The notes below the pieces were generated by a model that searched no databases, was not told the DNA's origin, and saw nothing but the letters and a program-made list of their open reading frames with translations. From an uncultured cyanobacterium (GTDB lineage: Bacteria > Cyanobacteriota > Cyanobacteriia > Leptolyngbyales > Leptolyngbyaceae): DNA of 32,122 bases. Positions 1-7,898 of this stretch are shown here, piece by piece. The position numbers and the translations under genes are program-made. The stretch spans positions 1 through 32,122 of the forward strand of contig CAVYAN010000114.1 of NCBI GenBank assembly GCA_963766075.1, read 5' to 3'. Numbering within the stretch: the stretch's first letter is position 1; each line of letters starts with the position of its first letter.

Positions 1-1551
1 GGTCCGGCTGATCTGGTCGTCCACAAACCACAGCGCCGCCAAATATTCTGTCAGAGGATCGAGGACAATCCGCAGTTTGTCTCCCGGCTCCAGATGTCAC
101 CAGCCGCAGCCGCTTTTCCAGATAGCGTAGGCACTCTTTGGCCTCTTTGGTGTTTTCTTTGGCGTCGTCTTTGGGGCTTAGGGTTTCGAGGGCGGCGATC
201 GCGGCGGTTTGTTTGGTTTCCCCGGTCGATAGGTTGACTTCAGGCAGGCCCAGGCGATCGCTTGGGCATCTCTTTCACCTGAAGCGATCGCGGCGGTTGT
301 CCGGTTCAATGGGCGGTTCAATTGTTCAGATAGCTCAGCATCAATTCGGGAATGGACGCGGGCAGAATGCCTCCGGCCCCTGACTTTGCTCGATCATTTG
401 ATCGGCATAGAGCCGTGCCAGCAGCACCGTGATATTCCGCTGCCCCACCATGCCCGACAGCCGCCGACAGGCATCAAAGTACTCTTCATCTTCAAACAGG
501 TGGCGCTTGTGCTGCTGTTCCAGGTAAGTATCCATAAACCGGGACAGGCGACTACCCTCAATCCGCTGCGGTTTCAGCGGGGTTCTGCCAAAGCTGCCAA
601 AGCCTTCTTCCAGGCGCGTTGTAATCACCAGCGCCTTGGCCAGAAAATCGCCGTCATCGGGGTCGATCGCTTTGCGCGTCGCGTCGCCCATTTCCGACAG
701 GTGATCGACAATCACCAGAATCCGCTGGCGGTGCAGTAAAAACTCCACCAGTTCAGCGGCGATGGGTGCGTCTTGATTGGTGAGATGTTGCAATTTCCCA
801 ACCACGGCCTTCAGCGTGCTTTTTCGCCCTCCAATTCGGTTTCGATCAGCACCGGCAGCAGCCGATGGCGGGCCAGTTCTTTCTTTAGCCCCCACTGGGC
901 AATTTGACAGGCCAGACTGGTCTTGCCCGCGCCGCCTTCGCCCACAATCAGCAGCACCGCCGACTTCTTCTGGAAGGTGGGTTGCAAATCTGTGCCACGG
1001 AGTTCGTTGATCAACGTCAGATTGGGTTTTTGTCCCCGGCACACGGGCAATGCAATGTGAATCTGGCGAGCCTGCACCGTAGGCAATTGGAGAAACTGGT
1101 CTCGGGCAATTTTCCAGTGCTGCTCAACCCAGGAGTCTAGGGCGCGATCGCGATATTTCAAGAACCGCACCACGCTCAACGGCATTTTCCATTTAATGAT
1201 GGGCACCGTCAGATCGCTAGTGGGCAGTTTGAGCAGCCACCGGGGCCGGATCAGCCAAATGCCTAGGTAGCTGCCGAGCAGGAGGAGGCCCAAGGGCACG
1301 ACGTGCTTTGTCGCCTCTGCTTGAAGCTTCTCCAGCAGGGGCTTTGGCTGATCCGGTGATGCGGGGGATGGTTTTGGCTCTGGGGTTGGAGAGGCGGTGG
1401 TGCGGGGTGCGGGCGTGCTGAGGGTGGGCGATGGGGACGATTGTGCCAGTCCGGTCCCTGTCAGTCCGGCTCCTGCCAGTCCAGCAGGAGTAGCGGCGAT
1501 GGCCAGCAGTGCGGCGCTGAGGTTGGGGAGGATCGAGGGGCGGATTGGCAC
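1..1551 (-). pseudogene. Membrane-anchored NACHT/STAND-like P-loop NTPase, multiply frameshifted and running off the window edge (true pseudogene or consensus errors)
   Basis: Probable GTG start at 1551, then a signal-like N-terminus, Pro-rich linker, TM helix (VVPLGLLLLGSYLGIWLI) and Walker A GEGGAGKT in ORF 811..1734. Frame change at the A5 run (820-824) into ORF 341..1042 with Walker B-like ILVIVDHLSE and LVITTR. Further shifted segments read GGILPASIPELMLSYLN, DAQAIAWACL and LRIVLDPLTEYLAAL (NACHT winged-helix-like EYLAA). Confidence 0.75.
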
Positions 1552-1610
1552 GGGTAGAAAGTGGCGATCGGATTGTCCAGATTTTAAGCGACTTCTAGAG
1601 ATTAGATCCC

Positions 1611-1630
1611 CGGCATTTCTAAAAATGCCG
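1611..1630. repeat. Left copy of 20-bp target-site duplication CGGCATTTCTAAAAATGCCG
   Basis: Identical to 2821-2840 and directly abuts the IS end. Internally palindromic (CGGCATTT-CTAA-AAATGCCG). Confidence 0.95.
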
Positions 1631-2820
1631 CAGGGCTGTTTCATGTTAGCCAGAGGAAAAGCCATTGAGCAAGGTGAGAAAGATCGTGTCAACCTGATTG
1701 GCGAATGCCCGGATGCCCGCAGGAATGGTATCAAATTGGCAGCGCCGAATCAGGGAGACCAGCCAAGAGTTGAGCACGGCCCAGTTGGCAGGAGCGTGTC
1801 CCCCGCGTCTGGGCGGTGTATCTTCCTGGAAGGTGACATCGCGGACCCAGTGAAGTCGATTTTCAATCTGCCAATGCGCTCGCAGATGTGTCTGCCAAGT
1901 GCTGGCCAAGAGGTCTCGGTCTGTGATGTAGAGTGCCAGACGCTGCCCCGTGGGAGCCCCTCGGCTGTCTTGGCGTTGGACGGTGATGACTTGCTGGCTG
2001 TTGTGCCAGGTCTGGTGCAGTTCCGGCGGCATGGGATAGACCGAGAGCGTTCGCGTGACGGTGCGCCCGTGTCGGCTTTCGGTGGAAACGTCCACCGAAA
2101 GCGGCGGTGTCGTTTCAAGCCAGGGGTGCAAAGTGGCAAAGAGGTGTTTCTGATTGCCTTTGACCGCAATGAGATAGTGTTGGCGTTGCCGCACAATCTG
2201 CGCCACCGTTTCCTTTTGGCAGTGGAGGGCATCTAAGGTGTAAGTCAAGTCAGCGACGTCTTGATAGGATTCAATGCACTGCCGCATCACAGAAATCTCC
2301 GTTGTCTTGGCATTTTCAAACAACGCAAATGCCACCACATAGCCGGAGGTATGAGTGAAGAGCGTCGCCGTACTGATATAGTTGCCCCCGTCAGCGGTAC
2401 GGGTACACCGAATACTTTTGCCATCGCCACTGAGCCAACTGCCGGGGAGCGGACGCAGAAACGCTTGACACCACTGGTCAAATACCACACCTAAGGACTC
2501 CGCAGGCACTTGCATCAACAGACGGCGAAAGGTGGAGAAACTCGGTGGCGTCCACTCGGCAGGAAAGCCCAACAGGGTCCGCAATCGCTCACCCTGACTC
2601 TGGCAGAATGCAGACAGTGGACGGTAGCCGATATACCCACAGAAACTCCCTAGCAGGACCAGCATGATCACCGCCCACAAAGGATAGCGACGACCCTGAC
2701 CACTGCGCGGGTCAGAAATTTGCTTCAATTGGTTTATGAGGTTCATGGTCTAAGTTGGAGGTTGATTTTCTACTAACTTAGACCGCCTCATTTTCCTATG
2801 AAAAACATGAAACAACCCTG
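1631..2820 (-). mobile_element. ISAs1-family insertion sequence, complete, 1190 bp
   Basis: 17-bp terminal inverted repeats CAGGGCTGTTTCATGTT (1631-1647) and AACATGAAACAACCCTG (2804-2820), 1 mismatch, with CAGGG ends. Single transposase ORF. Flanked by identical 20-bp direct repeats. Confidence 0.95.
1646..2746 (-). CDS. ISAs1-family (H-repeat) DDE transposase, 366 aa
   Basis: Motifs ISDPRSGQGRRYPL, PSFSTFRR, DGKSIR, EIS, TLDALHCQKET, YLIAVKGNQ, ESRHGR and RAHWQIENRLHWVRDVTFQED. The stop codon overlaps the terminal inverted repeat. Confidence 0.95.
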   Translation of the reverse strand: MNLINQLKQISDPRSGQGRRYPLWAVIMLVLLGSFCGYIGYRPLSAFCQSQGERLRTLLGFPAEWTPPSFSTFRRLLMQVPAESLGVVFDQWCQAFLRPLPGSWLSGDGKSIRCTRTADGGNYISTATLFTHTSGYVVAFALFENAKTTEISVMRQCIESYQDVADLTYTLDALHCQKETVAQIVRQRQHYLIAVKGNQKHLFATLHPWLETTPPLSVDVSTESRHGRTVTRTLSVYPMPPELHQTWHNSQQVITVQRQDSRGAPTGQRLALYITDRDLLASTWQTHLRAHWQIENRLHWVRDVTFQEDTPPRRGGHAPANWAVLNSWLVSLIRRCQFDTIPAGIRAFANQVDTIFLTLLNGFSSG

Positions 2821-2864
2821 CGGCATTTCTAAAAATGCCGGGGATCTAAAAATGCTGGGGATCT
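2821..2864. repeat. Right copy of 20-bp target-site duplication, the rest of the palindrome arm, and a tandem copy of that arm
   Basis: 2821-2840 equals 1611-1630. It is followed by GGGATCT and then AAAAATGCTGGGGATCT (2848-2864), a 1-mismatch copy of AAAAATGCCGGGGATCT. Confidence 0.9.
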
Positions 2865-3051
2865 GTACCTACTGATGGCATGGCAGGATCTAGGCTGACA
2901 TCTTCGTAGAATGCGGCGATCGCGATCGTTAATTCCACAGGCGTGATAATGCCTTCAGGATGGCCCTCTCGTTATTCCGGAAACCCCACCGGGCACTCTG
3001 AAGATACTGCAAGACAACCGTATCTCTGAGGCAATTCTCAAAGGGGCAACC

Positions 3052-4161
3052 GTGGGACTTTTTGATAAAATCCGTGGCGAATTTATTGACATTATTGAGT
3101 GGCTGGACTCCTCCAGTGACACCATCGCCTATCGGTTTGAGCGCTACAACAACGAAATCAAAATGGGCGCAAAGCTCACCGTCCGCCCCGGCCAAAAGGC
3201 TGTCTTCGTCAACGAAGGCCAAGTCGCCGACACCTTTGAACCCGGCATGTACGAACTGGCCACCCAAAACCTGCCGATCCTCAGCACCCTCAAAGGCTGG
3301 AAATACGGCTTTAACTCCCCCTTCAAAGCGGAAGTCTATTTCTTCAGTACCAAAATCTTTACCAACCTGAAATGGGGCACCGCTAACCCCATCATCATTC
3401 GCGATCAGGAATTGGGTCCCATCCGCCTGCGGGCCTTTGGCTCTTACAACATCCGGGTCGCAGACCCTCGTCAACTGCTCCAGGAATTGGTCAGTACCGA
3501 TGGGCTGTTTCAAGTGGAAGAGGTCAGCGACCAAATTCGTAACATGATTATGACGGCCTTTGCCACCTGGACGGGCACGGCGGGGATTCCAATTTTGGAC
3601 TTTGCCGCCCGCTATGGTGAGCTGGGTGAAACCATTCGCACTGGCATGCAGCCGGAAATTCAGCGCTTTGGTCTGGAACTGACCCAACTGTTAATCGAAA
3701 ATATTTCCCTACCGCCGGAAGTGGAAACGGCCCTCGATAAGCGCACCTCCATGGGCATCCTAGGCAATATGCAGCAGTATGCCCAGTTTCAGGCGGCCAA
3801 TGCGATTGAAGCATCCGCTAACAATCCGAATGGCGGTGGCACCCCCGCCCTTGACTTTGGGGTGGGTATTGCTATGGGCCAGCAATTAATGTCAGCGATG
3901 CAACCGATCGCCCAACCCATGGCACAAGCTGCCGCCCAACCGATGGCAGCGCCGCCCCCACCGCCCCCAGTAATCCAATGGCACCTGTCCCGTGAGGGCC
4001 AAAACTTTGGGCCGTTTCCCCTGAATCAACTGTTGCAAAATGGGCTGACTGCCCAGACCTATGTGTGGCGATCGGGAATGGCGAATTGGCTGCGGGCGGC
4101 AGAAGTTCCCGAAATGGCTGCCCTGTTGGCAGCGGTGCCGCCCCCGCCGCCAGTGGGATAA
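3052..4161 (+). CDS. SPFH/band-7 domain protein (YdjI-like) with C-terminal GYF_2 (DUF4339) domain
   Basis: MGLFDKIRGEFIDIIEW...EIKMGAKLTVRPGQKAVFVNEG...SPFKAEVYF...KWGT...LRAFG...IENISLPPEVE is typical of the Band_7_1 subfamily. C-terminal WHLSREGQNFGPF...TYVWRSGMANW matches GYF_2. GTG start with AAGGGG upstream. Confidence 0.9.
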   Translation: MGLFDKIRGEFIDIIEWLDSSSDTIAYRFERYNNEIKMGAKLTVRPGQKAVFVNEGQVADTFEPGMYELATQNLPILSTLKGWKYGFNSPFKAEVYFFSTKIFTNLKWGTANPIIIRDQELGPIRLRAFGSYNIRVADPRQLLQELVSTDGLFQVEEVSDQIRNMIMTAFATWTGTAGIPILDFAARYGELGETIRTGMQPEIQRFGLELTQLLIENISLPPEVETALDKRTSMGILGNMQQYAQFQAANAIEASANNPNGGGTPALDFGVGIAMGQQLMSAMQPIAQPMAQAAAQPMAAPPPPPPVIQWHLSREGQNFGPFPLNQLLQNGLTAQTYVWRSGMANWLRAAEVPEMAALLAAVPPPPPVG

Positions 4162-4217
4162 GAATGATGATTTTATCTTTATAAAAAAACTGGGTGGCGT
4201 GCTCTCATCCTGGCGAT

Positions 4218-4248
4218 CCCCCCTAGCCCCCCCTTCAAAAGGGGGGAA
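4218..4248. repeat. Cyanobacterial dispersed palindromic repeat (CCCCCCTAGCCCCCCCTTCAAAAGGGGGGAA)
   Basis: Hairpin CCCCCCTT-CAA-AAGGGGGG preceded by CCCCCCTAG. Resembles a widespread cyanobacterial intergenic repeat; lies between two co-oriented genes. Confidence 0.7.
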
Positions 4249-4305
4249 GCCGGAGTTCAAACGGCTGTTCCGTGATTCCCATTATTGCCAAGCTGGCTTC
4301 TGACC

Positions 4306-5562
4306 ATGGTTACTGCCACTCCACCCGCGCCGAAGGTCAAGCAATTCCCCTGCCCGAGCTGTGGGGCTAAGTTGGAATTTAACCCCCATGCGGGACAGTT
4401 GAAGTGTCCTTACTGCGGCTGGGAAGATGCGATCGCTCAAACGGCTGAGGACATTGTTGAGCGTTCCTACACGGAATACCTCCAGACTAAGCACACCCCC
4501 ATGACCAAGCTGTCGGAAACAGCCTTGGAGGTGTCCTGTCCGGGCTGTCGGGCCAGCATTACCTTTCAGCCACCGGATACGGCGGGGAAATGTCCCTTTT
4601 GCGGTACCGGCATTGTCACCCAGGGCAAAGCGGCGGGAAATGTGATTGAGCCGGAGGGAATTTTGCCCTTTGGCGTGAGTCAGAATCAGGCCCGCCAGCG
4701 CATCCGCAAATGGATCGAAAATCGCTGGTTTGCGCCCAATGCCCTCAAGCAAATGGCCCAACAAGAAGGGCTCCAGGGCGTATATTTGCCCTTTTGGACC
4801 TACGATACCTACACCGTTAGCCACTACACGGGGATGCGGGGCGAGCATTACTACATCACCGAAACCCGTACTGAAACTGATGCGGAGGGCAATACCTCCA
4901 CCCACACGGAGCAGGTGCAGCGGACCAACTGGTGGCCGACCTCGGGTACGGTGGAGCAGTTTTTTGATGATGTGCTGATTCCGGCGACACTGCGGGTGCA
5001 GGGGCAAGACTTGCACAAGCTGGAACCCTGGCCCTTGGAAAACCTGAAGCCCTATGATTCCGCCTATCTGGCCGGATTTAAAGCCCAGCGGTATCAAGTG
5101 CCCCTAGACAAGGGTTTTGAGACGGCGAAGCAGCGAATGAAAGGCGATATCGAAGGCACCGTGGCCGATCATATTGGTGGTGATGATCAGCAAATTACGT
5201 CTCTATCGACGGACTACAGTGCCATTACGTTTAAGCATATTCTGCTGCCCGTGTGGATTTCAGCCTATCGCTACAACAACAAGCAGTTCCAAGTGATCGT
5301 GAATGCCCAAACGGGAGCGGTCTTGGGCGATCGCCCCTGGAGCAAAGTCAAGATTGGTCTGGCGATCGCGGCGGGCATCGGTCTGCTGACGGGCGGTATC
5401 TGGTTTTACTATACCTATATCCACGTTGCGCCCTCGATTCGGCCTAGCGTACCGGGGCAGGTTGTACGTTCTGGGCGGGCGATTGAGCGTACTCTCCGAC
5501 AAAATAATCTCAAGCGAGAGAGTGCCCGCAGCAGCTCATCGCGATCTTCTCGGCGGCGATGA
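4306..5562 (+). CDS. Double zinc-ribbon membrane protein (family often mislabelled primosomal protein N' / replication factor Y), usual partner of SPFH genes
   Basis: Four CxxC motifs (CPSC, CPYC, CPGC, CPFC), PEGILPF, GVYLPFWTYD, LEPWPL...YLAGF, KHILLPVW...VNAQTG...GDRPWS, then a C-terminal TM helix. No helicase motifs. ATG at 4306 preferred to TTG at 4285. Confidence 0.8.
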   Translation: MVTATPPAPKVKQFPCPSCGAKLEFNPHAGQLKCPYCGWEDAIAQTAEDIVERSYTEYLQTKHTPMTKLSETALEVSCPGCRASITFQPPDTAGKCPFCGTGIVTQGKAAGNVIEPEGILPFGVSQNQARQRIRKWIENRWFAPNALKQMAQQEGLQGVYLPFWTYDTYTVSHYTGMRGEHYYITETRTETDAEGNTSTHTEQVQRTNWWPTSGTVEQFFDDVLIPATLRVQGQDLHKLEPWPLENLKPYDSAYLAGFKAQRYQVPLDKGFETAKQRMKGDIEGTVADHIGGDDQQITSLSTDYSAITFKHILLPVWISAYRYNNKQFQVIVNAQTGAVLGDRPWSKVKIGLAIAAGIGLLTGGIWFYYTYIHVAPSIRPSVPGQVVRSGRAIERTLRQNNLKRESARSSSSRSSRRR

Positions 5563-5571
5563 GTTGGGAGA

Positions 5572-5747
5572 CGAAACGAATTAGCGCGCCCTTCGACTCC
5601 GCTCAGGGAGCTATAGCTGTTACCGAGTGCTCTCTTCGACTCTGCTCAGGGAGCTTTCGACTCCGCTCAGGGCGCTATAAGCTTGAGTTCACAGTGTTTA
5701 GTTCGTTGAGCGGAGTCGAAACGAACTACCGATCGCGCCCTTCGACT
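5572..5747. repeat. REP/BIME-like cluster of CTTCGACTCCGCTCAGGG units
   Basis: Direct copies at 5591, 5634 (1 mismatch) and 5655; inverted copy GTTGAGCGGAGTCGAAAC at 5705-5722; partial copy CGCGCCCTTCGACT at 5734-5747. Lies between convergent genes. Confidence 0.85.
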
Positions 5748-5752
5748 GTGCA

Positions 5753-6781
5753 CTAGTTGGCCAGTTTGGTTTGGCGCAATTGGTCTAAGGTGCGCTGGTA
5801 TTCCTGGGCTTTAGTTTGGGCGATCGCGTACTTCGGATGCTGTGGTGGCAGGGCTTTCATTTGGGCGATGGCTCCTTGCCACTCCTGGGCCACCTGTTGC
5901 CAATCGGCTTTGGTGCGGGAGTAATGGCTCAGTTCTACGGCGGCACTGGCCTGCTGCAGCGCCTGATCGAATTTGTCTGGCTGGGGGGCAGCGGCACTCT
6001 GGGCAGTTGATGTCGATGGGGATGACACCGATGCCGCGTTGTCTGTGTGATGGATCCCGTAGTAATGCAAGCCATAGCGTTGCAAGCCATAGCTACCGGC
6101 CCAAACAATGAGCAGGGGTACGCCCAATAGGAGGGCTAGAAATAGGCGATCGTTTTTTAGAGCTGCTTTCATTGCCGCTAGGGGCCAGAGGTGGGATGGC
6201 TTTCGGGGTACTCTGCGAGGAATGTGGATTAGTTGCGAGGTGGCGGGGTGCGAGGTGGCGGGGGCGATCGCTCCTGGTAACCCATAGCTGGATTCGCGCG
6301 GGGTCAGTAACGGTAACTCGGCTGGGATGGCCCTAATTGCGGGGTTGGGGCAATGTCCAGTGGGCAGTGGCGGATTGGTGGTTAGCTCAATCAGCTCTGG
6401 ATCTTGTCCAATTCTCCCCTCTGGGATGGTTATGGTGGCCATTCTCAGGGTTGCTGGCATTTGCACCTCTGGCATGCCGCTATTCTGATGCTGTAACTGA
6501 ATCTGCTGTACCCAACTGGGTACTGTTTGCCCCAGCACCCGGCCATAGACTATAGCAGAGCGGGCCTGGACGCGCTGGAGCTGGGCTAGACCCTGCTGAA
6601 TAAACTCGACACAGGCAAGCTGGGCTGGGGGCTGGGGGGCTTCCAGCAATACGTGCAAACAATCGCCCTGCAAGGCGGCGCGGGCGCGAATGCCCAAATT
6701 CTGGAGAGACGCATTCATTAGAGCAGCGATCGCGTCTCCCTGTCCCAATCGGGCCCGCTCAACCAAACTCAGATCACTCAT
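5753..6781 (-). CDS. Cyanobacterial hypothetical membrane protein (N-terminal ARxGxxxAIAAL domain, Pro-rich linker, one TM helix, helical C-terminal domain)
   Basis: MSDLSLVERARLGQGDAIAALMN...CLHVLLE...VYGR...PSW; TM LFLALLLGVPLLIVWAG; C-terminal WQQVAQEWQGAIAQMKALP...YAIAQTKAQEYQ. Start set at ATG 6781 within ORF 5753..6916. Confidence 0.75.
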   Translation of the reverse strand: MSDLSLVERARLGQGDAIAALMNASLQNLGIRARAALQGDCLHVLLEAPQPPAQLACVEFIQQGLAQLQRVQARSAIVYGRVLGQTVPSWVQQIQLQHQNSGMPEVQMPATLRMATITIPEGRIGQDPELIELTTNPPLPTGHCPNPAIRAIPAELPLLTPRESSYGLPGAIAPATSHPATSQLIHIPRRVPRKPSHLWPLAAMKAALKNDRLFLALLLGVPLLIVWAGSYGLQRYGLHYYGIHHTDNAASVSSPSTSTAQSAAAPQPDKFDQALQQASAAVELSHYSRTKADWQQVAQEWQGAIAQMKALPPQHPKYAIAQTKAQEYQRTLDQLRQTKLAN

Positions 6782-7062
6782 GGCACTCGGTAACAGGCAA
6801 TACATCGACAGGATAGCCGAGGTTCCTCTTTTGGGCGCAAAAATCTTTGGCCCAGAGTGTTTGGGGGCGGTGTATGACTTGATGACGGGGTGGTTTCTTC
6901 CAGGTGCCTCTCCCAAAGCTTAAAATTTCCCGGGGTTCTGGACGGGGACCGAGAAAATCAAGGCAGATTATAGCAGGGATAAGTTTGGACAATCTAAACC
7001 CTCTATTGATGACTGTGGGACCTATGACATCGAGAGCACCAAAAGCAAGGAAGAAACCACCC

Positions 7063-7203
7063 ATGTCAGATCTAAATCGTGGCATCATGAAGTTCGATGG
7101 GGCCGATAGCCCCGCTGCCATTGCTTTGTCCGCCCTGATTGTATTGGGTGGCATTGCCGTTTTGATTTTTTGGGCCTTGCAATCGGCCTATGCGTTGGTT
7201 TAG
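7063..7203 (+). CDS. Small (46 aa) single-TM hypothetical protein
   Basis: MSDLNRGIMKFDGADSPAAIALSALIVLGGIAVLIFWALQSAYALV; purine-rich AAGGAAG upstream. It is the 3' part of ORF 6904..7203. Confidence 0.75.
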   Translation: MSDLNRGIMKFDGADSPAAIALSALIVLGGIAVLIFWALQSAYALV

Positions 7204-7377
7204 GGGCGATCGCGAGGCTTACTAGCTAACCGCGGCCAAATCATGAAATAGTAAAGGCACAGCACCGCTGTGCTTTTTTATTAGGTCCCGGCTGAAGTGA
7301 TGGCTCGAGGGGTCCTCGGTATGGGCTGGTTCCTGTGATGATGTGTTCGCGCTATTGAGGCAATTGTCCCTTTTACT

Positions 7378-7782
7378 ATGCAACTCGAATTTGTACCTGT
7401 CGAAGAATTTTACTTTGCGCTGACCCTCGCTGTGCGCACCCTGGAAGATATCCCGCAACCGGATGCTGCCAAACAGATTAAAAAGATTCTGGCAGAAAAA
7501 TTGGGGCCACCGTCCACCATTGCCGCTGCTAGCCAAAATACCTACAATTACGTGTTCCGGGTTACCGATATAGACAATAGTCCAGCTAACCAACTGGTGC
7601 TGTCCATCGCCGATTGGCAGGGCAGTCTGCGCCTCAGTAGTGACTATGGCTGGACCCTAGATGCAGAACGTAAACCCGTCCGCACTGAAAAATTTGCCGA
7701 TCGCGGTGAATTCGCCCACCGGGTGATTCAGCACTTGGAAACGTGGTTAGGGGTAACGATTCAATCGGCCTCAACCCCTTGA
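7378..7782 (+). CDS. Cyanobacterial hypothetical protein, 134 aa
   Basis: Clean ATG ORF (MQLEFVPVEEFYFALTLAVRTLE...LSSDYGW) followed by a hairpin. Confidence 0.8.
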   Translation: MQLEFVPVEEFYFALTLAVRTLEDIPQPDAAKQIKKILAEKLGPPSTIAAASQNTYNYVFRVTDIDNSPANQLVLSIADWQGSLRLSSDYGWTLDAERKPVRTEKFADRGEFAHRVIQHLETWLGVTIQSASTP

Positions 7783-7805
7783 CCCAGACCCCGATAAAGA
7801 AATAG

Positions 7806-7839
7806 AGGCTGGGAGGTCATTCTGGGAATCCCCAGCCTG
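7806..7839. terminator. Hairpin between convergent genes, probable terminator
   Basis: AGGCTGGGA...TCCCAGCCT 9-bp stem; A-rich sequence on the left gives a U-rich tail on the minus strand. Confidence 0.55.
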
Positions 7840-7898
7840 ACCTCGCCTTGCCTCTATCGACCATGCCATTCGTGAATGAAAGCAATCAAAATTAACGT

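Noticed and set aside
811..830. Programmed ribosomal frameshift in the NTPase gene
   Set aside because: Many further frame breaks follow downstream; sequencing error or decay is more parsimonious.
1552..1734. N-terminal extension of ORF 811..1734
   Set aside because: It reads through the IS end and the target palindrome, so it is an artefact of the insertion.
1397..5097. Long antisense ORFs (1397..2236, 2929..3687, 4282..5097) and similar shadows elsewhere, e.g. 12727..13470 and 18808..19407
   Set aside because: They lie opposite well-supported genes and show no recognisable motifs.
4306..5562. PriA/helicase annotation
   Set aside because: No Walker A, DExH or other helicase motifs; only zinc ribbons and a TM helix.
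5572..5747. Possible mini CRISPR array
   Set aside because: Units are about 18-20 bp with irregular gaps of about 1-23 bp, one copy is inverted, and there are no cas genes or leader; REP-like instead.
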